The notes beneath the pieces were generated by a model. The model saw nothing but the letters and a program-made list of their open reading frames with translations, was not told the origin of the DNA and made no database searches. From the NCBI GenBank assembly GCA_963724765.1, contig CAVRVY010000001.1, positions 768,001 to 832,000 on the forward strand: 64,000 nucleotides of DNA, given 5' to 3'. Position numbers and translations under genes: made by a program. Every line of letters starts with the position of its first letter. The stretch's first letter is position 1. Source of the DNA: an uncultured delta proteobacterium (GTDB lineage: Bacteria; Desulfobacterota; Binatia; Binatales; Binataceae). Positions 1-11,698 of this stretch are shown here, one piece after another.

Positions 1-1489
<1,489 letters not shown>

Positions 1490-1562
1490 CCAGGCTGTAA
1501 GCAAGTAGTAAGAACGATGAAGCTCCGCGCGCGAGTGATCGCGCGCGCAAGTGCGAACACAG

Positions 1563-1602
1563 GCGGGCGGCGGTCCCTTAAGGGACCGCCGCCCGCGCTT
1601 TT
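1563..1602. terminator. Intrinsic terminator between convergent groEL and addA, possibly bidirectional
   Basis: Perfect 34-nt palindrome GCGGGCGGCGGTCCCTT/AAGGGACCGCCGCCCGC (1563-1596) followed by GCTTTT. Confidence 0.8.
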
Positions 1603-1647
1603 CCCCGCCGCGGCGCGAAAAACGACGCGCTGGCCAAACTGCGAGCG

Positions 1648-4600
1648 CTACGTGGCGCGAGACTGGCGCGCCGCGCGCCAGCATCGCGCCACGTAGCCGC
1701 AGCCGAGCGCGCGGCACTCGCGCGCGTCGGCCGGCCGCTTGGCATAGCCGGCGGCGCCGCGCTGGGCGCGGGCCGCGGCTATTGCGCGTCCGAGCGCCAG
1801 CAGATGCGCGCGGATCGCGTCGAGCGGCGCCAGCTCAAGCTGGCGCCGCTCGACGCGATCACGCAGGTAGACGATCTCGGCGCTCACCTCGCGGCCGGGC
1901 AGAGCCTCCGCCGCGGCCAGCGCGTAGCATTCCATCTGCATCCGGTAATCCCCGGCTCCGGCGCGCGCATACTTGTAGTCGCTCACCGTCAGCCGCCTGC
2001 CGTCGTCGATTAGAAGATCGATCCGGCCGCGGATGAAGAGCGTGAGGCTGTCGCCTTCGATACTCATGAAGAAGGGCGTTTCGCGATGCATGACGGGCGA
2101 CGCGCCGGCGTTCGCGGCTGCCGCGTTTTCGCGGCTGTGCGCATAGCGCAGCAGATCGCGCACGAGCGCGCTGCGCGCGGCCGTATCGAGATTCACGCCT
2201 ACACCATGGACGCTGACCAGCCGCGTGATTTCCGCTTCGAGCGCGGGTGCGGTCGCGGCGGTAAAACTCAGTTGTTCGAGCACTGCGTGCGCAACCGTGC
2301 CCATCGCGGTCGCGCCGCCTCCACCGCCGGCGGTGGTAAAGCCGCTATTGCCCAAGCCGTCGCCGCCTTCGGGCAGTTCGATCTCGTGACGCAGAAAGTA
2401 CTGGCGCGGACATCGTTCGAAGTCTTCCAGCGCGCTTGGACTCGTCACCAGTTCGCGCACCGGCGGCGCGCTGAAGCCAAGCCGCGCGCGAGCAGCTTGC
2501 GCCAACTCCGCGAGCGGCGGCGATACGTTGCGCGCGAGCGGCGCCACAGCCTCCCGCGCGAGCGTGTCCGCGCGCTGCAGCGCAATTTCGACGCCGTCGG
2601 CGTTAACGATCGTTTCGGCATCCGCGGCGCCGAGGAACGCGTGGATTTTCTCAAGCCCGATCGCGGCGCGTAGATGCCTGGTCCAATCGCCGCTGTAGGC
2701 GCCCTCGCTAAGGATCAGCCGGTCGCGCGCCCGCGTCGTCGCGACGTACAGCACGCGCGCCGCCTCGGCCTGTTCCTGGTCCTTGACCCCCGCGCGATAC
2801 GCCGCGACCAGCGGATTGGGCAGCCGGTCGTCGCCCGCGCCGACGGTGTCGCAGACGAGCAGCCCGTCCACAGGCGTCATCACGATATGTTCGTTGTTGG
2901 GGGGTGGCCGGCGCCCCAGGTCGGCGACGATTACCACCGGGAACTCCAATCCCTTGGCCTGATGGATCGTCATAAGGCGCACGACGTTGTCGGCCTCGCC
3001 CGCGATCTGCGCCAGCGGCTCGCGCGGCGCTGCTTGCACCAGGCGACGCAGATGGCGCACGAAGTCGCCGAGGCCGAAAAAGCGATGCGCTTCGAACTCG
3101 CGCGCGATTTCTGCCAGCTTGCGCACGTTCGCGGCGCGCTGGAGTCCGCGGTCGAGGCCGAGCAGGACCGCTTCGAAGCGCGTCAGTTCAAGCGCGTGCT
3201 CGACGATGGCGGTGAGCGAGGCGCGCTCGCGCATCTTGCGAAGCGCGATCAGTACCTCTTTGGCGCCGAGCGCCGCTTCGCGCTCGACGCCGAGCCACGC
3301 GAAGTCTTCGCCGCGGTCGTCGAACAATGCCCACAGCCTGGGAGCTCGTCCTGGTTCGGCCCGTTGTTCGTTCAGATGCAGGGCCATTTCGAGCAGGCAT
3401 TGATCGGAAAGGCCGAATAGCGGCGAGCGCAGCGCCGCGGCGAGTTCGATTGAATTTTGCGGGTCGTCGATCGCGGCCAGCAGCGCGGCCAGGTCGTTTA
3501 CTTCCTTGCAGTCGTAAAAGCCGCGCCCCTTGAGGGTGTAGCTGGGCACGCCCGCCCGCACGAAAGCGTCTTCGTAGATCGCGACGTCGCTGAACGAGCG
3601 CAACAGCAGCGCGATATCGCCGAATTCCATCGGGCGTGCCGCGCCCGTGCGCGCGTCGGTCACCTTAATTCGCCGACCGACCATCCGCGCGCAGCGCCGC
3701 GCGATCGCGTCCGCCTCGATCCGGCGAAGTGCGCGCGTGTTCAGCTTTGCGCCATCGCCATCGTGCGCCTTGGGACTCACGATCAGTTCGACGGCGGGTG
3801 CGTCGCCCGAGAGCCGGATCGCTCTCAGCCGATGATCCTCGCTCCACTTCACCTTGTACGGCTTGTCGTCTGACGCGTCGCCGGGCTTCATCGAGTGCGC
3901 GCTCACCGCGTTGACGAAATCGACGATCGCCGGAAGCGAGCGGCGATTCTCCCGCAACGGCCGCGGCAGGATGGCGAGCGGCTCGCGCGGCCGATTGAAG
4001 ACCGTGACGTCGGCGCCGCGGAAGCGATAGATCGATTGCTTTTCGTCGCCCACCACGAAAAGCTCCGGCGCTGGCGCGCCGTGTTCGGTGAGCAGGCGCA
4101 CGACGCCGTCCTGGATCGGGTCGGTGTCCTGGTATTCGTCGACCAGCAAAGCGCCGAGCGTACGCCGGTAGCGCATCCCGACCTCCGGATGGTCTCGAAG
4201 GAGGCTCCTTGTCAGGATCAGCAGATCGTCGAAGGTGACTATCCGTTCGTCGCGTTTGCGCCGTTCGAGTTCGGCGGCGATATCCGCGACCAGCGCCGCG
4301 ATCTCGCGCGTCGCCTCGGCCGCGCGATAAGCGCCGTAAGCGTCGAGCAGAGGATTGATAATTCCTGATTGGTCGTCGTTGCCGCGAATTTTCCAGACGG
4401 CTTCCTTGACCCTGCTGTTTTGCGCAGCGGGCAAATTTGCGAGAAGCTCATCGAATACCGTTCGTGCGGAGGGATCCGACTCGGCATTGAACGCTTCGAT
4501 CGCGGGCCGCAGGCGCGGCCATTCGCCGCGCAGGTCTTCGAGTTTCTGCCCGGCGGTGCCTCCGACGTCACGCATCGCGAGTAATTTTCCGACCCACGCC

Positions 4601-5277
4601 ACGAGTTGCGCGCGAAGCCCGGGAATCGCGGCGCCGCATTCACGCAACTTCGCAGCCGTCACCTGGGCAGTTTCGCGAATCCACTCATGCGACCGGCCCA
4701 GACGGGCGGTCTCGCCGATAACCTGCAGCACGACGCCGATCGCGCCATTCTGATGCGTGAATCCGTAAAGGCCGCGCGCGCCCACCAGGCGCATCGCGCC
4801 GGGATGCTGGCTGCGCACGGCGTCGGCGATCAACTCGCGACCGGCGCCCTCCAGAAAGGTCATGCTCTGGTATTCGTCGAGTACCTCGAAGCCGGGATCG
4901 ACGCCGGCCTCGATCGGATACTCGCGCAACATCCGCGCGCAAAACGCGTGGATGGTCGAGATGCGCGCGAGGCCGAGCGTGCGCCGCGCGCGGACCAGCG
5001 CCGTCCGGCGCGCAGCGTCGCCTTCGCGCACGATCCGGTCGTCGAGGACCTCTGCAATCCTTCGGCGCATGTCGGCGGTGGCCTTTTCGGTGAACGTGAT
5101 CGCGGCGATCCGCTCGGGCGCAAGCGGCTCGCGTCCCGCGAGGTCGCCGGCGAGCAACGCGACGAAGCGCTGCGCGAGGACCTCGGTCTTGCCCGAGCCG
5201 GCGCCTGCGCGCACCAGCACATTGCCCGCCGCGTAAACCGCGTCGCGCTGCTCGGTAGTGAGTTCGACCCGCGCCAT
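1648..5277 (-). CDS. addA: AddA-like UvrD-type helicase with C-terminal RecB-family nuclease
   Basis: Walker A RAGAGSGKT, ITFTEKA, ISTIHAFC, LVDEYQDTD, VGDEKQSIYRFRGAD, MTIHQAKGLEF, YVATTRARD; nuclease GRIDLL..DYK..QMECY. Confidence 0.9.
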   Translation of the reverse strand: MARVELTTEQRDAVYAAGNVLVRAGAGSGKTEVLAQRFVALLAGDLAGREPLAPERIAAITFTEKATADMRRRIAEVLDDRIVREGDAARRTALVRARRTLGLARISTIHAFCARMLREYPIEAGVDPGFEVLDEYQSMTFLEGAGRELIADAVRSQHPGAMRLVGARGLYGFTHQNGAIGVVLQVIGETARLGRSHEWIRETAQVTAAKLRECGAAIPGLRAQLVAWVGKLLAMRDVGGTAGQKLEDLRGEWPRLRPAIEAFNAESDPSARTVFDELLANLPAAQNSRVKEAVWKIRGNDDQSGIINPLLDAYGAYRAAEATREIAALVADIAAELERRKRDERIVTFDDLLILTRSLLRDHPEVGMRYRRTLGALLVDEYQDTDPIQDGVVRLLTEHGAPAPELFVVGDEKQSIYRFRGADVTVFNRPREPLAILPRPLRENRRSLPAIVDFVNAVSAHSMKPGDASDDKPYKVKWSEDHRLRAIRLSGDAPAVELIVSPKAHDGDGAKLNTRALRRIEADAIARRCARMVGRRIKVTDARTGAARPMEFGDIALLLRSFSDVAIYEDAFVRAGVPSYTLKGRGFYDCKEVNDLAALLAAIDDPQNSIELAAALRSPLFGLSDQCLLEMALHLNEQRAEPGRAPRLWALFDDRGEDFAWLGVEREAALGAKEVLIALRKMRERASLTAIVEHALELTRFEAVLLGLDRGLQRAANVRKLAEIAREFEAHRFFGLGDFVRHLRRLVQAAPREPLAQIAGEADNVVRLMTIHQAKGLEFPVVIVADLGRRPPPNNEHIVMTPVDGLLVCDTVGAGDDRLPNPLVAAYRAGVKDQEQAEAARVLYVATTRARDRLILSEGAYSGDWTRHLRAAIGLEKIHAFLGAADAETIVNADGVEIALQRADTLAREAVAPLARNVSPPLAELAQAARARLGFSAPPVRELVTSPSALEDFERCPRQYFLRHEIELPEGGDGLGNSGFTTAGGGGGATAMGTVAHAVLEQLSFTAATAPALEAEITRLVSVHGVGVNLDTAARSALVRDLLRYAHSRENAAAANAGASPVMHRETPFFMSIEGDSLTLFIRGRIDLLIDDGRRLTVSDYKYARAGAGDYRMQMECYALAAAEALPGREVSAEIVYLRDRVERRQLELAPLDAIRAHLLALGRAIAAARAQRGAAGYAKRPADARECRALGCGYVARCWRAARQSRAT

Positions 5278-5314
5278 CCGATCTTACTCGTCTTACTCGG
5301 GCATTCCTGCGGCG

Positions 5315-8300
5315 CTAGGTTCCCGGCTCGGCCGACTTGTAATAGCGGCAGACCGTGCGATACGGACACCAGTCGTCGCACTGGCGCGGATCGACGTCGA
5401 AGCGCCCGGCTAGCGCGTCGTCGACCAGGGCGATGATCCGATCGGCGACCGGATGCTGGTCGGATTTCTGCGCAGCCGCGCGTCGTTTCGGATCAGCATC
5501 GACCAGCGCGCGCTCGACCGTAGCGATTTGCGCCTTGTCGCGATTTCGCAGCACCAGGTAGCCGGCCTCAAGCGTCGCGTCGGCCGCCAGCCGTCCACCG
5601 AACTCGCTCAGCGCGCCCATCAGGTAGACCGGCAACTGAAAGTCGGTCCATCCGAACGCCGCGCCCTCGGAATCCGCCATCCTGCCGTAGCGCTTGGCGT
5701 CGCGCGAATTCTTGTAGTCGATTACGCGAAGGTTTCGTACCTTGCTGCGGCCCGGATGCAATTCCAGGCGATCGATTCGTCCCTCCAGCCATAGCCGCAC
5801 GCGCCCGGGATAGCTGAGATCGTTGAGCGCGAAGCGAATCTGATACTCGGTCAGGACTTCGGCCTCGGGATTCTCCGCACGGTTGGCGATTTCGGCCTCG
5901 ACGAACTCCTGGGCAGTCCGCTCGATCGACCGCCATCGCAGATCGAAGAAACCCTGGTCGCGCGCGAGCGCCCGGCGCTCGTCGCGCACCGCTTTGAGAA
6001 CTTCCGGCGCGCGCGCTCGCGCGCCGGGGGCGTCGTGGAAGTCGACTTGATCGACCAGCCGGCGCAACACGTCGTGGATCAATTCACCGCCTTCGAGCGC
6101 GCTCAACTCGTAGTCCTGCTCCTCGTCTTCGGTGAGCGCCAAAATGCGATGCGCGAAGAACTTGAAACCGCAGGCCGCAAGCTCGCCGAGTTTGGTCGCG
6201 CTCCACGCCTTGGGATCGGCCGTATCGCCGCACAACATCCGCGCCAGACGCGGATCGGGCGCCACGCGCCCGTCCCATCGTTTTGCGAGCCCGAATTTGT
6301 CCGGGTTCGGCGTATAGCGCGTCCCCGCGCCGTCGGGCTCAGCGAAATCCTCACGCGTCGGCAGCTTGAGATATTTTTCTCGGTTCCGTTCGAGCTCTGA
6401 TCGTTCGCGGATGGAATCGAGCGTCGTGCGACTCTCGATCGTCTCGGCCTCCGTGTACCCGAGCATATGGTCGGCCGCGGCGCGCGCGAGAAATTCGTCG
6501 CGCGAAAGACACTCGGCGATAGCGGGGATCACACCCGCAGCGGGTATGCCTCTTATCGCCGAAGCTCGCGCCGAATCGCCGAGCAGGCGCAGGACCTCGT
6601 CGACGAATGGCGAACGGACCATCGGATTGCCGCCCGCCTCGGCCGCCGCGTAGCTCAACACCACGCGCCGCGACGGCATCGAGAGCGCGAGAAAGAACAA
6701 CAGAAAATCTTCGCCGTTGCGTTCGTAGCGCGTGCGCAGGATTCCGCCGGCGCGGCTCGGCGCGTTGGCGCCGAAGCGCAGTTTAAGCGCTTCACCCAGC
6801 GGCCGGTTGAGCGCGAGCTTCACTTCGTCGGGGAGCAACGGGTCGTCGGGATGGTAGCTTGGAAAGATGCCGTCGTTGAGCCCGATCACGAAGACCAGAT
6901 CGAAATCGAGTCCGCGCGCCTCGAGTACCGGCAACGCAACCACCGCCTCCGCCGCTTCGCTATCGGCCGGACCCGCGGCGCAATCGAACGCCGTCTCGAC
7001 CATCGCGGCGAACTCGGCCGAGTCGACGACGCGTGCGCTCCCGGCGAGCGCGGACCAGTGCGAAAGTCCGTCGAGCGCGGCGCTAAGGCGGCCCCATGCC
7101 CGCGCGGCATCGTAGGTGGCGGCTTCGGTATCGTCATGGATGCCGTCATCCGCGCGCGTGGGATCGAAGCCGAGCACCTCGAACGCATGTTCGAGACGGT
7201 CCAGATGCTCGGCGAGCGTACCGGGTTGGGCGAGCGGCGCGAGCGCTTCGAGCATCCGCTCGAAGCGCTCACGCGCCCGTTCGTCATAGGCCACGCGCGA
7301 TTCGATTTTGCGGCGTTCGTCGCTGTCCGCGCCCGTCTTCTCCATTGTGCTTCGCAGAAAGTCGATGTGAATCCTGAAGCGATCCATCAGTGGTTGCGCG
7401 CTGCCGTCGACGTAGCCGATCTCGTCGAGCGTGCGCGCCAAACGAGCGTCAATCGCCCTCAGATGCGGCGAGCGGCACAACGTGGCGAGCGACTCGCGGG
7501 TAAACCGCTCGCGCGGCGCGCGCAAAATCTCGACGATAAGCCGCGCGTGCGCGCTCGCGCGCAACGCCGGCGCCTGCCCGATGCTGAGCGGGATGCGGTA
7601 GCGGCGGAACACCGTGCGCAGATGCTCGGCGTAGGGTTCAAGATCGCGCGCGACGACTGCGATACGTCCCGGCGCGATCGCCTCCGGCGATTCCATCGCG
7701 CGCCGAATTGCGCGGCCGACCTCCTCGATCTCGCCGAGCGGTGTCGGCGCTTCGACCACTTCGAGCGTCTCGTCGGCGGGCGGCGCGGCGTCGGCAGTCT
7801 CGATGAACAGGTGCTCGAGCACGAAGCCGAGGCGTCCAAGGCGCCCGCCACGGCGCACGAAGTCGGGCAGGACTTTGTCCGCGATCGATTCTTCCGCGAC
7901 GAAGCGGTTCCAGGTCAGTTCGGCGAAGCGCCCCGCATTGGCCGGATGCTCGGCGGCCTGGATGGTGAGCGTCGCGTCGCCGACGATTCGGATGAGCGCC
8001 GTCACGATCATGAACTGGAGCAGGCTGAAGTCGTAGATCTCGGCGACCTGCAAATGCCGCACGCCGTCGAGCAGCGCCGGACGCGCGCCGCGTTTCTCCA
8101 GCGCGAGCAATTGCTCAAGCACCACGCGCTCGCGCTCGTGACGATCGCAAAGCCCGCGGCCGGCGAGCAGGCGCTCGTAACGCTCGAAGGCCGCGGCCAG
8201 GCTTAAGATGCGATCGCGGATGCCGGTCGCGACGCTTCCTGGAGCCAGCGCGCGCGCCGCGGCGCGCAGGTCGTCAGCGGTGAGTGCGGCGCTCTTGAAC

Positions 8301-8554
8301 TGACGGATCAGCCCGAGCAGGTGATCGGCGCTGCCGAGCGCATCGCGCGCGTCGCCCATCGCCTCATCGGCGGCGAGCCGTTCCTGCAACTCGTCGAGCA
8401 TCACGCCGCGCGGGCCGAACTCGCGCCAGAGCCGATCGGCCAGTTGCGGAAAGGTCATGATCGGATAGTCGAGCAAAGAGCGGCCGCGGCTGTGGCGCTT
8501 GAGCCAGTCCTCGACTTTGCGCGCGGTGGGGTAGAGTGCGATTACGTCGTTCAC
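5315..8554 (-). CDS. addB: AddB-like inactive-helicase subunit with PD-(D/E)XK nuclease and Fe-S cysteines
   Basis: ARGLDFDLVFVIGLNDGIFP, SATKLGELAACGFKFF, GRIDRLE..VIDYK, QLPVY, C-terminal CDDWCPYRTVC; lies directly upstream of addA; no Walker A. Confidence 0.85.
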   Translation of the reverse strand: MNDVIALYPTARKVEDWLKRHSRGRSLLDYPIMTFPQLADRLWREFGPRGVMLDELQERLAADEAMGDARDALGSADHLLGLIRQFKSAALTADDLRAAARALAPGSVATGIRDRILSLAAAFERYERLLAGRGLCDRHERERVVLEQLLALEKRGARPALLDGVRHLQVAEIYDFSLLQFMIVTALIRIVGDATLTIQAAEHPANAGRFAELTWNRFVAEESIADKVLPDFVRRGGRLGRLGFVLEHLFIETADAAPPADETLEVVEAPTPLGEIEEVGRAIRRAMESPEAIAPGRIAVVARDLEPYAEHLRTVFRRYRIPLSIGQAPALRASAHARLIVEILRAPRERFTRESLATLCRSPHLRAIDARLARTLDEIGYVDGSAQPLMDRFRIHIDFLRSTMEKTGADSDERRKIESRVAYDERARERFERMLEALAPLAQPGTLAEHLDRLEHAFEVLGFDPTRADDGIHDDTEAATYDAARAWGRLSAALDGLSHWSALAGSARVVDSAEFAAMVETAFDCAAGPADSEAAEAVVALPVLEARGLDFDLVFVIGLNDGIFPSYHPDDPLLPDEVKLALNRPLGEALKLRFGANAPSRAGGILRTRYERNGEDFLLFFLALSMPSRRVVLSYAAAEAGGNPMVRSPFVDEVLRLLGDSARASAIRGIPAAGVIPAIAECLSRDEFLARAAADHMLGYTEAETIESRTTLDSIRERSELERNREKYLKLPTREDFAEPDGAGTRYTPNPDKFGLAKRWDGRVAPDPRLARMLCGDTADPKAWSATKLGELAACGFKFFAHRILALTEDEEQDYELSALEGGELIHDVLRRLVDQVDFHDAPGARARAPEVLKAVRDERRALARDQGFFDLRWRSIERTAQEFVEAEIANRAENPEAEVLTEYQIRFALNDLSYPGRVRLWLEGRIDRLELHPGRSKVRNLRVIDYKNSRDAKRYGRMADSEGAAFGWTDFQLPVYLMGALSEFGGRLAADATLEAGYLVLRNRDKAQIATVERALVDADPKRRAAAQKSDQHPVADRIIALVDDALAGRFDVDPRQCDDWCPYRTVCRYYKSAEPGT

Positions 8555-8590
8555 AGGATTACGCCACTCACACGATTACGTCATTGACGG
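8540..8590. repeat. Three imperfect 17-bp tandem units (GATTACG core) overlapping the addB start
   Basis: GATTACG at 8540, 8557 and 8574 (exact 17-nt period). Confidence 0.75.
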
Positions 8591-8691
8591 CATTGCGCGC
8601 CCGCCGGAGCATCGTCAAATATACTCTGCCGGACGCCGCTCGCATCCGCACGGCGCGATATGTATGGGCGGTTTGTGAACAGGGGCGGGCG

Positions 8692-9447
8692 CTACGGCGT
8701 TACGGCGAGGCGCTCCAGGCGCACGGGCTCGCCGGGGACGCATCCGATCCACGCGACCCATCCGGCATTGTCGCTCGCGTACAGCGGCGCCGGCGTACCG
8801 CAGTAGGCCGCGCGCGTCGCGCCCTGCGAGACGTCGCCGAAGACGTGGATATGGCCGAGCGCGACGTAGTCGTAGGCACTGGCCTCGATCTCCGCGGGCG
8901 TGATCGGCGAGGAGCGGAATCCGTCGGCCTCCTCGGTGAAGAAGCCGTGCGCCATTGCGATATTCCATCGCCCCGGCGCAGGCGCCGGCATTCCGCCGAG
9001 CGGCCGGTACTCCGGCGTATGCTCGACCATCGCGCGGCCCCAGATGCGCGTCTCGAGTTCGGGAAAATCGAGCAGCGTGCCTTCGGGCTCGAGGATCAGA
9101 TGAAGATTGCGCGGCAGCAGGTCGCGGCCGAGATTGGCGTAGAGCGAGCGCTCGTCGTGCGCGTCATGATTGCCCGGGATCATCACCACCGGCATCGCGG
9201 CCCGCGCGATCTCGCCGAGCGCGAAGCCGAGTGCGCCCTCGCCGATGCGGCTGGAGTCGAACAGATCGCCGACAATCAGCAGCAGGTCGGCGTGACGCTC
9301 ATTGGCGATTCCGATAACTCCACTGAACGAGCGCCGCACCCGCTCGCGCAGCGCGTCGCCGGTCGGACCATTGCCGAAGCTGTCGGTTTCGAGATGTACG
9401 TCCGAAGTGTGAACGATACTGAGCGGTCGCCGCGGTCTGAGGGCCAA
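8692..9447 (-). CDS. Mre11/SbcD-family metallophosphoesterase (DNA repair nuclease-like)
   Basis: Motifs HTSDVHL, VGDLFD, PGNHD, AHG, DYVALGHIH; TTG start at 9447 chosen from upstream CAGGAG (ORF extends to 9516). Confidence 0.8.
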   Translation of the reverse strand: MALRPRRPLSIVHTSDVHLETDSFGNGPTGDALRERVRRSFSGVIGIANERHADLLLIVGDLFDSSRIGEGALGFALGEIARAAMPVVMIPGNHDAHDERSLYANLGRDLLPRNLHLILEPEGTLLDFPELETRIWGRAMVEHTPEYRPLGGMPAPAPGRWNIAMAHGFFTEEADGFRSSPITPAEIEASAYDYVALGHIHVFGDVSQGATRAAYCGTPAPLYASDNAGWVAWIGCVPGEPVRLERLAVTP

Positions 9448-9617
9448 ACTTTGTCTCCTGCCGGTAGGCGCGCCACGCGGGTCGCCCCGGCCAAAGGGCC
9501 AACTTGAAGGGCCCATTCGTGCAATACTAGACTCCCAAAGGCGACTATTTCAACTTTACCGCCGGTCGAGCGCCCGGCGCGCGAGTGGCGCGTCGCTTAC
9601 GGAGGACCAACAGCACA

Positions 9618-10637
9618 GTGATCGTTGTAATGAAGGCCAGCGCCACCGAGGCGGAGATTCAGACCGTGGTCGGGATGGTCGAGAAGCTCGACTACAGCGC
9701 CCACATCATCCGCGGCATCGAACGTACGGTCGTCGCATGCGTGGGCGAGGAGCGCGGCGAGCAGCATCAGCTCGGTCACCTGGAGGCCGTCGCCGGAGTC
9801 GACCGCGTGATGCCCGTACTGCGCAGCTTCAAGCTCGCCGCGCGAGAGGTTCGTCCCGAGGGCTCGCGTGTCAACGTCGGCGGGGTCGAAATCGGAGGCC
9901 GGCGTATCGCGGTGATCGCCGGACCGTGCGCGGTCGAGAGCGAAGCGCAGGTCGAGGCCGCGGCGGCGGCGGTCAAAGCGGCCGGCGCAACTCTGCTGCG
10001 CGGCGGCGCGTTCAAGCCGCGCACCTCGCCCTACTCGTTCCAGGGGATGGAAGACGCGGGGCTGGACCTGCTCGAGAACGCCGGGCGGCACGTCGGATTG
10101 CCGGTCGTCACCGAAATAATGGACCCGCACGACATCGACCTGGTCGCCGAGCACGCCGACATGCTTCAGGTCGGCGCGCGCAACGCGCAGAATTTTTCGC
10201 TCCTGCGGCGCCTGGGCAAAGTCAAAAAGCCCGTGCTGCTCAAGCGCGGGATGTCGACGCGGCTGGAGGAATTCCTGATGGCGGCCGAGTACATCCTGTC
10301 CGCCGGCAATCCCAACGTGGTGCTGTGCGAGCGCGGCATCCGTACCTTCGAGACGGCCACGCGCAACACGCTCGATTTGACCGCCGTCCCGCTGCTCAAA
10401 CAATGGACGCATCTGCCGGTAGTGGTCGATCCCAGCCACGGCACCGGCATCTGGTCGCTGGTGATGCCGATGGCGTTGGCGGCGGTCGCAGCGGGCGCCG
10501 ACGGGCTTTTGATCGAGGTGCATCCGACGCCCGAGACGGCGCTCAGCGACGGTCCACAGCAGCTACGGCCCGAGCGCTTCGCCGAGTTGATGACGGCGCT
10601 CAAGGCAGTGGCCGAAGCCGTCGGCCGCACGCTGTGA
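9618..10637 (+). CDS. aroF: 3-deoxy-7-phosphoheptulonate (DAHP) synthase, type I-beta, with N-terminal regulatory domain
   Basis: MIVVMK start after GGAGG; [48 protein letters not shown]. Confidence 0.95.
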   Translation: MIVVMKASATEAEIQTVVGMVEKLDYSAHIIRGIERTVVACVGEERGEQHQLGHLEAVAGVDRVMPVLRSFKLAAREVRPEGSRVNVGGVEIGGRRIAVIAGPCAVESEAQVEAAAAAVKAAGATLLRGGAFKPRTSPYSFQGMEDAGLDLLENAGRHVGLPVVTEIMDPHDIDLVAEHADMLQVGARNAQNFSLLRRLGKVKKPVLLKRGMSTRLEEFLMAAEYILSAGNPNVVLCERGIRTFETATRNTLDLTAVPLLKQWTHLPVVVDPSHGTGIWSLVMPMALAAVAAGADGLLIEVHPTPETALSDGPQQLRPERFAELMTALKAVAEAVGRTL

Positions 10638-10760
10638 GGCATGATCTGGCGGAGCCGCATCGGCGCGTATCGCAAGCGTCGGCGCATCACCCATGGTAAC
10701 CTCGGCGTTAGAATGTGAGGAGCGGGGTGAGGATGTGAGAACTACGCGTCGCCGAGTCAG

Positions 10761-11687
10761 GTGAGCCATCCAAGAATAAAGCCGCGCGCGCTCAGGCCGG
10801 GCGACACGGTCGGGGTCGTCTCGCCCGCCTCCGCAATCGATCGCGAGCATCTCGAGCGCGGCGTCGCCGCGCTCAAGAGCCTCGGCTTTCGCGTCAAGGT
10901 CTCAGGCCGTGCGCTCGATCGGGCCGCAATCGTGGCGGGCCCCGACGAGATGCGCGCCAGCGAGCTTCAGGCGTTTTTCGCCGACCCGGAAGTAGATGCG
11001 ATCTTCGCGGCCCGCGGCGGATATGGAGCGGGACGGATCTTGCCGCTACTCGATTTCGCCGCGATCGCGCGTACGCCGAAAGTGTTCATGGGCTTTTCGG
11101 ATGCGACCTTCATCCTCAACGCGCTGGTGGGACAGGCCGGGATGGTATGCTTTCACGGGCCAATGGTCGCGATGGATTTTGCACGCGGATTGGGCGAGGC
11201 CTCGCTCGATCATCTCCGCCGCCTGCTGGCGGGCGAGATCGGGAACTTCGCACTGCCGGCAAGTGCAGCGCTAAGGGCGGGCGCTGCCGAGGGTGAGGTC
11301 GTGGGCGGATGTCTTTCGATGGTGGCCGCGGCTATTGGAACACCATACGCGCCACCCTTGGACGGCGCGATTCTTTTTTTGGAAGACACCGGCGAGAAAG
11401 CGTATAGAATCGATCGCATGCTGGTGCAGCTTGGACAGGCAGGAGTGCTGGGACAGGTTGCCGCGGTGGTCTTCGGCGCGTTGCGGCCGCCTGGCGGCAG
11501 CGAGGCGGAGAGTCGCCTGATCAGCGAATGCGTCGCCGAGCAGGCGGCGCGCCTCGATTGCCCGGTGCTCGCGGGAATCGAGGCGGGTCATGGGAGCGCG
11601 AACTTCACGATTCCCTTCGGAGTGCGCGCGCGGGTCGACGCGGCGGCACGGACGCTCAGCTTCCTGGAGCCGGCGGTGGCGTTGTAG
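10761..11687 (+). CDS. ldcA: LD-carboxypeptidase (peptidase S66)
   Basis: VSPAS, ARGGYG, GFSDAT, HGPM, FLED, GH catalytic-type motifs. Confidence 0.9.
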   Translation: MSHPRIKPRALRPGDTVGVVSPASAIDREHLERGVAALKSLGFRVKVSGRALDRAAIVAGPDEMRASELQAFFADPEVDAIFAARGGYGAGRILPLLDFAAIARTPKVFMGFSDATFILNALVGQAGMVCFHGPMVAMDFARGLGEASLDHLRRLLAGEIGNFALPASAALRAGAAEGEVVGGCLSMVAAAIGTPYAPPLDGAILFLEDTGEKAYRIDRMLVQLGQAGVLGQVAAVVFGALRPPGGSEAESRLISECVAEQAARLDCPVLAGIEAGHGSANFTIPFGVRARVDAAARTLSFLEPAVAL

Positions 11688-11698
11688 GAGAGATCGAG

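Noticed and set aside
8540-8590. Short repeats (here and at 55117-55166) considered as CRISPR or iteron arrays
   Set aside because: Units are 10-17 nt with no unique spacers, and no cas or rep genes are present
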